Positions 9,418 through 18,362 of a stretch of DNA of 32,000 nt are shown here, piece by piece. Each line of letters starts with the position of its first letter. Positions within the stretch are counted from its first letter, which is position 1. The DNA is from Pseudomonas aeruginosa (lineage in GTDB: Bacteria; Pseudomonadota; Gammaproteobacteria; Pseudomonadales; Pseudomonadaceae), in the NCBI RefSeq assembly GCF_001457615.1, contig NZ_LN831024.1, positions 2,460,001 through 2,492,000 on the forward strand, written 5' to 3'. The position numbers and the translations under genes were made by a program. A model generated the notes under the pieces. It made no database searches and was not told the DNA's origin. It saw only the letters and a program-made list of their open reading frames with translations.

Positions 9418-10005
9418 GCCATCGGACGCAATCCGAAACTCAACCATGACGGCGGGGAGAGCGCCGATCGCGTCCGCCTGCCGTCTACGCAGGTCGCTGC
9501 AACCCCCTGGCAGCCGCGGCGTCGCTTGAGCGCGGGCAGGGGGCAGGTGGTGCGCCGAGTCGTATTCGTCGAACTCGCCATGCCGCCCCAGGCCGGATCG
9601 GCGTGCAGGTTGCCAGTCCCTGGCGTACGGGCCGCTCAGTGCGTGCTTTCGTTTCACTGAGCCAGGTTTTCCAGCGCTATGAAGAAATCGCCCCGATTGC
9701 AGGATGAGTCTTGCTTTCGTCCCGGTTTCACTGCCGCTGGCTGCTGAATCGAGGGTGCACTCCGCGCAGTCCGGCCCCTCACCTTGAGAGCCGTTGCCAT
9801 TGTCGGGGTTACCCACGTGCTTTCCAGCAGGTACGGAGCCGATGGGAGATCGAGTTGGCGAGAGTGCCGGCTTGCTCCGGCCTTCTGAAGACTCTTCTTG
9901 AATCAGAAAAACCTTACGCCAGAAGTAGTGGGGGCTGATGGCCCCGCTCGTTTCGATCCTTCATGGTTAGCGGGTTCTGTTCTTCTTCGCCGTGGAGAGT
10001 TTTCT

Positions 10006-10809
10006 GTGAGTGGTTCCCTCTTGGTACCGGCCAGTCTCGCCAGTCGCATCAGGCTCCTGCTGGTCATGACCCGGCGCGAGGTCGAACTGCGTTATCGCGA
10101 CGCCATGTTGGGCCGCATCTGGATCATCGTCTCGCCGTTCCTGCTCTTGCTGATCTATACGTTTGTCTTCGGCTTCGTGCTGAAGTCGCGCTGGGGCGGA
10201 AGCCAGAGCACGCTCTCCTTCGCCTTGACCCTGTTTTCCGGACTCCTGCTGAACGGGATCCTCGCTGAAAGCCTGTCCAGGGCCCCGACTATCATCCAGG
10301 CCAACGCCAACTACGTGAAGAAGCTGGTTTTTCCCCTGGAGATACTTCCCCTCACACCGCTGCTGGCCGCTTTCTTCAACGCCATGCTCGGCTACCTGGT
10401 GCTCTGTATCTTTCTTCTCTTCAGCGGCGTCGAGCCGGGCTGGCAACTGGTTCTGCTACCGCTTGCCCTGCTCCCCTTCCTGCTCTGCGTGACGGGGCTG
10501 GCGTGGTTCCTCGCGGGGCTCGGGGTCTATGTTCGCGACATAGGGCAGTTCGTCCAGTTTCTCCTGGTGCTTCTGCTATTCATCAGCCCGGTGTTCTATC
10601 CGCTGTCTTCCTTGCCACCGGTAATGCAGCCCTACCTGTACCTCAATCCGCTGACGATCCCGGTGGAAATGGTCAGGGCGATCCTTTTCGATGCTCCCTA
10701 TCCGACCCTTGGGGTCTTCAGCGTTTATTGCGTTGCGTCTCTGCTGGTCTGTTCATCGGGCTTCCTCTGGTTCCGTCGGGTTCAGGAAGGTTTTGCAGAT
10801 GTCCTCTGA
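10006..10809 (+). CDS. ABC-2 type transporter permease (polysaccharide export/Wzm-like), no partner ATPase in window
   Basis: Probable GTG start at 10006 with upstream GGAG. Contains MTRREVELRYRDAMLGRIWIIVSPFLLLLIYTFVFGFVLK...FISPVFYPLSSLPPVMQPYLYLNPLTIPVEMVR with about six TM helices. A TTG at 9898 gives a longer alternative start. Confidence 0.87.
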   Translation: MSGSLLVPASLASRIRLLLVMTRREVELRYRDAMLGRIWIIVSPFLLLLIYTFVFGFVLKSRWGGSQSTLSFALTLFSGLLLNGILAESLSRAPTIIQANANYVKKLVFPLEILPLTPLLAAFFNAMLGYLVLCIFLLFSGVEPGWQLVLLPLALLPFLLCVTGLAWFLAGLGVYVRDIGQFVQFLLVLLLFISPVFYPLSSLPPVMQPYLYLNPLTIPVEMVRAILFDAPYPTLGVFSVYCVASLLVCSSGFLWFRRVQEGFADVL

Positions 10810-12526
10810 GGCCGTTTCCCCGGGCCCGCAGATGACGGCCGAGTGGATACCGCTGGGGCAGCGTTTGCTCGAACGCGGGTTGGTGAGCGGCCAGGAACTC
10901 GAGCGGGCGCTCGACCTGCAACGCCGGCTTGGCGGCCGTCTGGGAGGCATTCTCGTGCGTTCCGGAGCCATCTCGGAAAATACCCTCATGCAGGTGCTGG
11001 CGGAGCAACTGCGGTTGCCGCTGGTGGGGGACGACCTGCGGAAGCCGAGCGAAGAGTCCATCGCCGCATTCCTGCTCAGTACCCCGATCAATACCGACTG
11101 GTTCGTCGAAGAGCAACTGGTGGTCTGGGAGGAGGGCGAGCAACTGCTGTTCGCGGCGCGTGATCCGTTATCTCCTTCGATACGCGAAACCCTGGGCTAT
11201 TTCTATCCGGAGCGCTCGATTCAAGCAGTGCTGTGCCGCTCCCAGGATCTGGACGGCTGGTTGGAGCACTCCCTGGACCTGGCCCGGCAAGGTGCGGATC
11301 GGCACGCCTACGGCAGCGAAGACATCCGCTACCTGCGGGAGTTGGCGGAGGAGGCGCCGGTAGTCGAACTCGTCAACAACGTGATGAGCCAGGCCATGGA
11401 AAAGCGCTCTTCGGATATTCACATCGAACCCCGGGAGTTCGACTTCCGTATCCGCTTCCGCGTCGACGGCGTCCTGCACGACCAACTGAGCCTTCCCCGC
11501 GAGCGATTCGCGGCGGTTGTCTCGCGGATCAAGCTGATCTCCGCCATCGACATCGCGGAGCGACGGTTGCCGCAGGATGGACGCATGAGCATCCGGGTCA
11601 GCGGTACGGAGCTCGACGTGCGGGTCTCCACCTTGCCAGGGGTGCATGGCGAATCGGTGGTCATGCGCCTGTTGCCGAAGGAGCGCGAGGGGTTGCGCCT
11701 GGACCGGCTCGGGATGCTCCCGGACCACTTGCGGAGGATGCGTGCATGGGTAGCGGAACCCCACGGCATCATCCTGGTGACCGGCCCCACCGGATCGGGC
11801 AAGTCCACCACGCTCTATGGCGCGCTGGAGGAAATCAATGATGGCGTGCGCAAGCTCATCAGCGTGGAAGATCCCGTGGAATACCAGGTGCCCAATATCA
11901 CCCAGGTCCAGGTCCATGCCGACATCGGCCTGACCTTCGCTGCCGCCTTGCGCTCGATCCTGCGGCAGGATCCCGATGTGATCATGATCGGGGAGATACG
12001 CGACCTGGAGACGGCGGAGATCGCCGTACAGTCCTCGCTCACCGGTCACCTGGTGCTTTCGACCCTGCATACCAACGATGCGGTGAGCGCCTTCACGCGC
12101 TTGATCGACATGGGCGTGGAACCCTTCCTGGTGGCTTCGCCGGTGCGCGGTGTCCAGGCCCAGCGACTGGTGCGCAGGTTGTGCGCCCACTGCGCGGAAC
12201 CTTGCGAGCCAACCCTTGCTGCGGCCGATCTGGCAGCGACCGAGGCGGCCACCGCGCGGCTGTTCCCGGGGCAGGCAGCGCAATGGCGCGTGGCGCGAGG
12301 CTGCGGCCGCTGCGAAGGTACCGGCTACAGCGGCCGTGTGGGCATCTACGAACTCGTCGATCTGTCTTCCGAGATGCGCGACCTGATCGTGCAGAGAGCT
12401 TCCCTCGAACAGATGCATCGGCTTGCCGCCAGCCAGGGACAGCGCAATCTGCGTGAAGATGGCTTGATCAAGGCCTGGTTGGGTATGACCAGTCTTGACG
12501 AGGTGCATCGCGTGACCAGCGGCTAA
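10799..12526 (+). CDS. gspE: Type II secretion/type IV pilus assembly ATPase, GspE family
   Basis: ATG 10799 with AGGAAGG at 10784-10790. Walker A VTGPTGSGKSTTLYGALEE, Walker B region LRSILRQDPDVIMIGEIRDLETAEIAVQSSLTGHLVLSTLHTNDA, and tetracysteine CAHC...CGRC. ATG 10832 is an alternative start. Confidence 0.93.
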   Translation: MSSEAVSPGPQMTAEWIPLGQRLLERGLVSGQELERALDLQRRLGGRLGGILVRSGAISENTLMQVLAEQLRLPLVGDDLRKPSEESIAAFLLSTPINTDWFVEEQLVVWEEGEQLLFAARDPLSPSIRETLGYFYPERSIQAVLCRSQDLDGWLEHSLDLARQGADRHAYGSEDIRYLRELAEEAPVVELVNNVMSQAMEKRSSDIHIEPREFDFRIRFRVDGVLHDQLSLPRERFAAVVSRIKLISAIDIAERRLPQDGRMSIRVSGTELDVRVSTLPGVHGESVVMRLLPKEREGLRLDRLGMLPDHLRRMRAWVAEPHGIILVTGPTGSGKSTTLYGALEEINDGVRKLISVEDPVEYQVPNITQVQVHADIGLTFAAALRSILRQDPDVIMIGEIRDLETAEIAVQSSLTGHLVLSTLHTNDAVSAFTRLIDMGVEPFLVASPVRGVQAQRLVRRLCAHCAEPCEPTLAAADLAATEAATARLFPGQAAQWRVARGCGRCEGTGYSGRVGIYELVDLSSEMRDLIVQRASLEQMHRLAASQGQRNLREDGLIKAWLGMTSLDEVHRVTSG

Positions 12527-12530
12527 GCCC

Positions 12531-13718
12531 ATGAATTTCATCTACCAAGCCGTCGATCGCAAGGGCAGGCGCGTTCGTGGCGAACTCTGCCTCCCAACGC
12601 GCCAGGATGCGCTGCGGCAGTTGCAGCGCCAGGGGCTCACCCCGCTCAGCCTGGAGGTGAAACGCCGCAACCTGGGCTCGCGACGTCGGCTCAAGGCCGA
12701 GGAATTGAACATGGCCATCCATGAGCTGGCCACCATGCTCGCGGCGGGAGTGAGCATGGCCGACGCGGTGGAGGCCCAGGAGCGAGGCGCGCGCCACCCG
12801 AAGTTGATTTCCGCCCTGCAGGAGATGGCCAATGGTCTGCGCCAGGGGCAATCCTTTCCCGTGGTGCTGGAGAGCGCCGGCCTCGACCTGCCGCGCTATG
12901 TATATCAACTGGTGGCGGCCGGCGAGATGACCGGAAACCTCGCAGGAGCCCTGAGGGACTGTGCCACGCAGATGGAATACGAACGGCGAACCCGCGCCGA
13001 GTTGCAAGGGGCGCTGATCTACCCTGCGATTCTGGTGCTCAGCGGGGTGCTCGCCGTGGCGACCCTGTTCGTCTTCGTCGTTCCGAAATTCGCCAATCTC
13101 CTGAACGAGACCGCCCAGCTCCCGTGGCTTGCCTGGGCAGTGCTGAGCATCGGGGTATGGAGCAACGAGAGTTCCGGCTTGCTGGCGTTCGCCGTCCTGC
13201 TGCTTGCTGGCGGCATTGCCGTGGCGCTGCGCAATCCGGCGCTCCGCGCCCATGCGCTCGACCAGTTGGTGCGCCTGCCCGTAGTCGGGGAATGGTTGAT
13301 GCAGGCGGAAATAGCGCAATGGTCGAAGGTGCTTGGAACCCTGCTGGGAAATCGTGTGCCGCTGGTGGAGGCCCTGGCGCTTTCCGCCGCTGGCGTCCGC
13401 ATTGCCCGGCAGCGCCGGACCCTGGAGCGAGTCACCCAGGATGTGCGGGCCGGCATCGCCTTGTCGGCAGCGTTGGAGGAGCGCCAGGCGGTCACGTCCA
13501 TCGGTTCGAGCCTGGTGCGGGTTGGAGAGGCCTCCGGGCAGCTCGCGGAGATGCTGCAGAGCCTGGCGACGCTCTATGGAGAGGCCGGGCAGGCGCGAAT
13601 GAAAAAGGCCCTGGTACTGATCGAGCCTTTGGCGATCCTGCTGATCGGCTCTGTGTTCGGCCTGATCATTACCGGCGTGGTACTGGCGATTACCAGCGCC
13701 AACGACATGGTGCTTTGA
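12531..13718 (+). CDS. gspF: Type II secretion inner-membrane platform protein, GspF family
   Basis: MNFIYQAVDRKGRRVRGELCLPTRQDALRQLQRQGLTPLSLEV, two T2SSF-type halves with long hydrophobic segments. Confidence 0.93.
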   Translation: MNFIYQAVDRKGRRVRGELCLPTRQDALRQLQRQGLTPLSLEVKRRNLGSRRRLKAEELNMAIHELATMLAAGVSMADAVEAQERGARHPKLISALQEMANGLRQGQSFPVVLESAGLDLPRYVYQLVAAGEMTGNLAGALRDCATQMEYERRTRAELQGALIYPAILVLSGVLAVATLFVFVVPKFANLLNETAQLPWLAWAVLSIGVWSNESSGLLAFAVLLLAGGIAVALRNPALRAHALDQLVRLPVVGEWLMQAEIAQWSKVLGTLLGNRVPLVEALALSAAGVRIARQRRTLERVTQDVRAGIALSAALEERQAVTSIGSSLVRVGEASGQLAEMLQSLATLYGEAGQARMKKALVLIEPLAILLIGSVFGLIITGVVLAITSANDMVL

Positions 13719-13771
13719 ATGCCGGGTATCGATGCCGCGGCTGGTTGGATGAGACGTGAAGTGGAAACCGT

Positions 13772-14206
13772 ATGAACAGAGCTGCACAACAGGGCTTCAC
13801 CCTGCTCGAGATGATTGTGGTGTTGGTGATTATCGGCATGCTGATGGGGCTCGTCGGGCCGCGACTGTTCAATCAGGCCGACAAGGCGAAGGCGCAGACG
13901 GCGGATACCCAGGTGAAGATGCTCAAGGGCGCGTTGCTCACCATGCGCCTGGACATCGGCCGGCTGCCGACCGAAGAAGAAGGCCTGGCGCTACTCAACA
14001 CGCCGCCTTCCGATGAACGTCTCGGGGCCTTCTGGCACGGGCCCTACCTCGAGGGCGGCGTACCGCTGGACCCCTGGAACCGGCCTTACCTGTACAGCGA
14101 CAGGCCGAGTGCCGAACAACCCTTCACTCTCTACAGTCAGGGCGCGGATGGGCAGCCCGGTGGGAAAGGCCTGGATGCCGATGTCGGTTACGCGCCCAAA
14201 CGTTGA
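13772..14206 (+). CDS. gspG: Major pseudopilin, GspG family
   Basis: MNRAAQQG|FTLLEMIVVLVIIGMLMGLVGPRLFNQADKAK, with a GspG-type C-terminus DPWNRPYLYSDRPSAEQPFTLYSQGADGQPGGKGLDADV. Confidence 0.93.
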   Translation: MNRAAQQGFTLLEMIVVLVIIGMLMGLVGPRLFNQADKAKAQTADTQVKMLKGALLTMRLDIGRLPTEEEGLALLNTPPSDERLGAFWHGPYLEGGVPLDPWNRPYLYSDRPSAEQPFTLYSQGADGQPGGKGLDADVGYAPKR

Positions 14207-14585
14207 CCAGGCCGCGTTCACCTTGCTCGAACTGCTGGTGGTGCTGGTGATCGTCGGGGCCATTGCTGCGGTGGCGTTGCCCGGCCTGGTGAGGATGCAG
14301 GAGACCTGGGCGCGCAGGACCGCGCTGGACGATCTGTTCAATCAATTGCAGACCTTGGGCTATCGCGTGCGCAGCGATGGGCGGGAGCTGCTCATTGGTG
14401 AGAGCGGGGCGGTTCCCGAGCAGTTGCTGCGACTGCCCGATGGCTGGACGGTTACTGCTCGGCCGCCGATACGTTACATGGCAAACGGAGTTTGCCTGGG
14501 CGGAAAGTTGCAGGTCCATCATGGGCGCGCGACACATACGCTGCTGCTTCAGCCCCCCCTCTGCGCGCCCGGGACGATCCGCTGA
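14175..14585 (+). CDS. gspH: Minor pseudopilin, GspH-like
   Basis: MPMSVTRPNVDQAA|FTLLELLVVLVIVGAIAAVALPGLVRMQETWARRTALDDLFNQLQTLGYRV. It overlaps the gspG 3' end. Start is 14175 or 14181. Confidence 0.85.
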   Translation: MPMSVTRPNVDQAAFTLLELLVVLVIVGAIAAVALPGLVRMQETWARRTALDDLFNQLQTLGYRVRSDGRELLIGESGAVPEQLLRLPDGWTVTARPPIRYMANGVCLGGKLQVHHGRATHTLLLQPPLCAPGTIR

Positions 14586-15010
14586 TGCCGGCGCGGCAGG
14601 AAGGCTTCACGCTCCTGGAGGCGGTGGTTGCGCTGACGCTCCTGGCAGTGGTCGGCGGTGCGCTTTTCGCCTGGCTCAACAGTGCCTTTCGGAGCATGCA
14701 GCGGGTCGAGGCGGCCGAGCTGCGCATCGAGACGGCTTGGGTGGCGATGGCCTATCTGGAGCGCATGAACCCTGCGCTCGAACCCGCAGGCAGGGTCCGG
14801 CTGGGGCATTACCGGCTGGAGTGGCGAAGTTCGCCGCTGTCCGCGTCGAAAGCGGCGGTGGGCCGCCATAGCGGCAGTCCGGGCATCTACGACGTGACCT
14901 TGTTCAGGGTCGTCGCCAGCATCCGGGCCGGCGATGGAACGCCGCAGACGCTGCAACTGGAGCTTCCCGGATACGTGGTCATCCCAGCGCGACTGGGTGA
15001 TGGACCATGA
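14585..15010 (+). CDS. gspI: Minor pseudopilin, GspI-like
   Basis: MPARQEG|FTLLEAVVALTLLAVVGGALFAWLNSAFRSMQRVEAAELRIETAWVAMAYLE. The start overlaps the previous stop (TGATG). Confidence 0.88.
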   Translation: MPARQEGFTLLEAVVALTLLAVVGGALFAWLNSAFRSMQRVEAAELRIETAWVAMAYLERMNPALEPAGRVRLGHYRLEWRSSPLSASKAAVGRHSGSPGIYDVTLFRVVASIRAGDGTPQTLQLELPGYVVIPARLGDGP

Positions 15011-15597
15011 TCCGCTCGCGACGAAAACAGGGTGCATTCACCCTGCTCGAGATGATCGTGGTGCTGCTGGTCGTTTCCTTCATCGGCACGTTGCTCATGC
15101 AAGGGTTGAGCTATGCCAGCAAGGCCAACCAGTCCTTGCACCAGAGCCTGGGGCGCGGACAGGTCCGGGCGCTGACCTTCGATTGGTTCCGTGATGCGGT
15201 GGAGAACCTGGTCGCTCCCGAGGCTGGCGAGGTCCGCTGGCGTCTGCGAGGGGACGAACTCAGTTTCGAGGCCATGTCTGCCGCGGCCCTGGATCGCCGT
15301 GCGGGCATCCCGACGCCCTTGGCCTTCCGGCTTGAGCGGCGGGCAGGAGAGGACCGGACCGAGTTGATCTATGTGCGAAGGCTGGAGGACAGTCGCTGGC
15401 CCCTCCTGCATCTGCGCGGCGAAGCTCGCTTCCGCTATCTGGACGGTCACGGCCAGTGGCACCGGGACTGGCCGCCGAGCGCGCAACTGGCCGATACCCT
15501 TCCCGAGGCGATGGCACTGGCGGCTCCCGAGGAGCGTCTGTTTGTCCTTGTCGCGGTCGCACTGCCCAGAGCGAGGCCCGCCGAACATGATTTCTGA
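15007..15597 (+). CDS. gspJ: Minor pseudopilin, GspJ-like
   Basis: MIRSRRKQGA|FTLLEMIVVLLVVSFIGTLLMQGLSYASKANQ. Start ATGA overlaps the gspI stop. Confidence 0.87.
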   Translation: MIRSRRKQGAFTLLEMIVVLLVVSFIGTLLMQGLSYASKANQSLHQSLGRGQVRALTFDWFRDAVENLVAPEAGEVRWRLRGDELSFEAMSAAALDRRAGIPTPLAFRLERRAGEDRTELIYVRRLEDSRWPLLHLRGEARFRYLDGHGQWHRDWPPSAQLADTLPEAMALAAPEERLFVLVAVALPRARPAEHDF

Positions 15598-16666
15598 TGG
15601 CGCACGCCGACATGCGGCGTCTGCCCGCTCGTCTGGCTTCGTTCTGGTCGGAGTGGTCTGGTTCCTGGCCATCATGACCCTGCTGGCCAGTGCCGCTGTA
15701 CTCTGGGTCGGGCGCTCGCTGGATGCCACGGAAAACCGGCGCAAGGCGCTGCTTCGTGAGCTGGAGGAGCATGCCTTGCTGGCGCGGGTCCAATGGCTGG
15801 TGGCTACCCAGCGCTATACCGTCGCGGGCCTGAGCGTACCGGGAAATGCTGGCGCCGCGCCGAGCAAGGTGGACATGGACACTTCGATCCTGCCCATTGG
15901 CGGGGAGCTGCCTCTGGATGGCCGGGAGTTCTGCATGGCCAATGGCTGGTGCGTTGCGCTGCTCGATCGCTCTGCGCGCCTCAGTCTTTCCGGCATCGAT
16001 CCGCGGGTACTGTCCAGGCTGCTGGCGGGGTTGGGGGTTCCCGCCGAGCAGGTGCAGGTCATGGTCGCCCAATGGTTCAGCTATCTCTATCCCGGCGCCG
16101 CTCCACGACTGGGTAGTGCCGCGCAAGCCAGCGACAGGTCCTCTCCGGGCCAGGCCCGGCGCCGTCCGTTGCGCTCGGTGATGGAAGTCTTCCGGCTGGA
16201 GGCCTGGCGCCCCTGGGAAGCGCATTTGCTCGACGCCGGTTGGCGCGATCTGGTCGCGGCGGACGAGGCGGCGCTGAACATCAACACCGCGGATGCCCGA
16301 ATCCTGTCTCTTGCCTGGGGACTACCGGAGGACGCTGTCGGCCGACTGCTGCAAGCCCGCTGGCAGCGTCCGTTCACCCGGATGTCGGACCTGCATGACG
16401 TCCTCGGGGGTCATGCGAGGCTGGTTCCCGAGGATGGATGGGCGCGCCTGGCCAGTCCGGTCCTGTCGATTCGGCTCTACCCGCCAGGAGCCGAGCAGGG
16501 GACGGAATACGAGGTCCGCTTCAACTCAGAGCACCGCCTGCTGCCACCCTGGCAGCTTCTCTCGAAGAGGTCCGTGAAGATAAATGATCGCTACTCGAAT
16601 CCTCCGTTGCATCCCGATATCGCCCCCGGGGTTCTTGCCGCCCCGCTTGTGGCAAGGCCGTGGTAA
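15587..16666 (+). CDS. gspK: Minor pseudopilin, GspK-like (no Glu at +5)
   Basis: MISDGARRHAASARSSG|FVLVGVVWFLAIMTLLASAAVLW, then a large periplasmic domain with a helix-hairpin-helix-like segment SLAWGLPEDAVGRLLQARWQRPFTRMSDLHDVLGG. Confidence 0.85.
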   Translation: MISDGARRHAASARSSGFVLVGVVWFLAIMTLLASAAVLWVGRSLDATENRRKALLRELEEHALLARVQWLVATQRYTVAGLSVPGNAGAAPSKVDMDTSILPIGGELPLDGREFCMANGWCVALLDRSARLSLSGIDPRVLSRLLAGLGVPAEQVQVMVAQWFSYLYPGAAPRLGSAAQASDRSSPGQARRRPLRSVMEVFRLEAWRPWEAHLLDAGWRDLVAADEAALNINTADARILSLAWGLPEDAVGRLLQARWQRPFTRMSDLHDVLGGHARLVPEDGWARLASPVLSIRLYPPGAEQGTEYEVRFNSEHRLLPPWQLLSKRSVKINDRYSNPPLHPDIAPGVLAAPLVARPW

Positions 16667-17696
16667 GGATGGCCGGGCGCAGCTTGAGTGGGTACGTAGA
16701 GGTACAGGGTTGGCGCGGCGCGCCCCAGCGCAGTGGATCGTGGATCGGGCGTGGTGTGTCTATCGCTGTCTCGATCTCAATCATGTGCCGCGCTCTGACC
16801 GGTATCAGGCACTGGCGTTGAAGCTTGCCGCCCTGGCGCCTTTTCGCCGCGCGGGCCATTACGTAGCCTGGCGGGGTGGCCATGCTCTGGTCTGGTTCTG
16901 GGATGAGGAGGTCCGGGAGGCCGTTGCCGAAGACTGCGTCGACCAACCTCGGCGTTATCGCTGTATCCCCGAATCCCTGCTGCAGGCTCCCCCTCGGTCG
17001 ATCGCGGAAGGCGAGACGGTTCGGCTGCTTCGGGTTCGCTCCGGGCTGGATCTCCAGGTCTGGAGAGATGACTGCCTTGTCCTGAGCCATTTCTTTCCCA
17101 GCCCACCCCAGCCAGAACAATGGGTTCGGTTGCTCCGGGGGCTGGCGGGAATACGCATCCCGGAGAGCCTGGTTGCCGAGCCTGGAGAGTCACTGGGCCG
17201 TCCCTGGGCCGTTCCGGCGGCGGAAGCAACGCTGCTGCGATGGGAGCGTTGGTTGCCGCATGGGCTCATAGCCACCCTGTTGCTGGGATGCGGATTCAAT
17301 CTGGGGGAAGGTTTGTCCTGGTGGTGGGCCGAGCGTGCGCTGCGAACGCAGTACGACCAGCTGAGCGGCCAGGTCTCGCCGATCCTCAGCGCACGCAACC
17401 AGGCCTTGCAGACCAATCGGATGGCCACGGAGCTGGGGCGCGCTTTGCAGCATCGCTCGCAGGTGGCGCTGCTGGGACAGGTAGCGGAACTGTTGCCGAA
17501 GGACAGTCGGTTGCTCGCCTGGCGCTATCGAGGCTCCGAGCTGGAGTTGCGGATTGGCACCGACAGTGTCGACCCGCGTCTCTATGTGAGGCGTTTCATG
17601 GAGTCGGGGAGTTTCGAAGATGTCAGGGTGGAACCTTCGCAGAGCGAGGGGCTATCGCTGAGCCTGGTCCTGCGTACGCCGGGGGAGGGTGCCTGA
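16584..17696 (+). CDS. gspL: GspL-like inner-membrane assembly platform protein
   Basis: Soluble N-terminal region, one TM (LIATLLLGCGFNLGEGLSWWW) about two-thirds along, then a periplasmic region. Position between gspK-like and gspM-like genes supports the call. Start uncertain (overlaps gspK by 83 nt). Confidence 0.65.
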   Translation: MIATRILRCIPISPPGFLPPRLWQGRGKDGRAQLEWVRRGTGLARRAPAQWIVDRAWCVYRCLDLNHVPRSDRYQALALKLAALAPFRRAGHYVAWRGGHALVWFWDEEVREAVAEDCVDQPRRYRCIPESLLQAPPRSIAEGETVRLLRVRSGLDLQVWRDDCLVLSHFFPSPPQPEQWVRLLRGLAGIRIPESLVAEPGESLGRPWAVPAAEATLLRWERWLPHGLIATLLLGCGFNLGEGLSWWWAERALRTQYDQLSGQVSPILSARNQALQTNRMATELGRALQHRSQVALLGQVAELLPKDSRLLAWRYRGSELELRIGTDSVDPRLYVRRFMESGSFEDVRVEPSQSEGLSLSLVLRTPGEGA

Positions 17697-18280
17697 TGTC
17701 GGACTTCCAGCGATCACTGCAGTTCCAGGGGCGGAACCTGCAACGACAATGGCAGGAAAAACCACTCTTGCGCATGGCCATCTGGAGCCTGTGCCTGCTG
17801 CTGGTTGTGCATCTGGTCATGCTCAGCATGGATTGGAGGGAGGAACGAGGGGAGGAATATCGTCGTCTGGCCGGGGAATGGCTCAAGCTCCAGGACGTTT
17901 CCCGGCAGATCGCCTGGCCGGAGCGGGCGATGCAGGCGGAGCAGGTCCTGAACCTTCAGCGAGAGCGCTTCTGGCAGGCGCCGAATGCGTCGCAGGCGAG
18001 GGCCGATGTGCAGGCCTGGCTGACCGAGCGGGTTCGCCTGGCGGGCGTCCCTGACGCGGAAGTGAGCGTACTGCTTCCTCGCGGCTTCGAGAAGCAAGGG
18101 ACGATCGCGCGTATCGAGGCCCAGGTTCGCGGGCAGTTGCAGCCAGCCTCGTTCAGTCGGTTGTTGCAGGATATAGAAGCGGAGCAGCGGCAAGTATCGG
18201 TGGAGTTTCTGGAACTGAACAATATGTTGTCGCCCATGCTCAATCTACAATTGTCGTTCCTGTTCGTAGCGGCCTATTGA
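17696..18280 (+). CDS. gspM: GspM-like inner-membrane assembly platform protein
   Basis: 194 aa with an N-terminal TM (LRMAIWSLCLLLVVHLVMLSM) and a small periplasmic domain. The start overlaps the previous stop (TGATG), and it is last in the gsp-like operon. Confidence 0.65.
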   Translation: MSDFQRSLQFQGRNLQRQWQEKPLLRMAIWSLCLLLVVHLVMLSMDWREERGEEYRRLAGEWLKLQDVSRQIAWPERAMQAEQVLNLQRERFWQAPNASQARADVQAWLTERVRLAGVPDAEVSVLLPRGFEKQGTIARIEAQVRGQLQPASFSRLLQDIEAEQRQVSVEFLELNNMLSPMLNLQLSFLFVAAY

Positions 18281-18362
18281 AGCGGATGCGGATCGGGCAG
18301 CACCCGTTTGCCGGAAGAGTTCGGCGGAGGGCGGTGCCCTTCGATGGAGCGAGTTGCCGCCA

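Noticed and set aside
8647-9816. 389-aa minus-strand ORF over the methyltransferase
   Set aside because: Most of it is antisense to a methyltransferase with motif I. Only its first ~130 codons lie in intergenic DNA, and no domain is recognisable.
11168-12541. 457-aa antisense ORF in gspE
   Set aside because: It mirrors a Walker-motif-bearing sense ORF and is best explained as a GC-rich shadow frame.
12468-13787. 439-aa antisense ORF in gspF
   Set aside because: Shadow ORF of a well-supported GspF gene.
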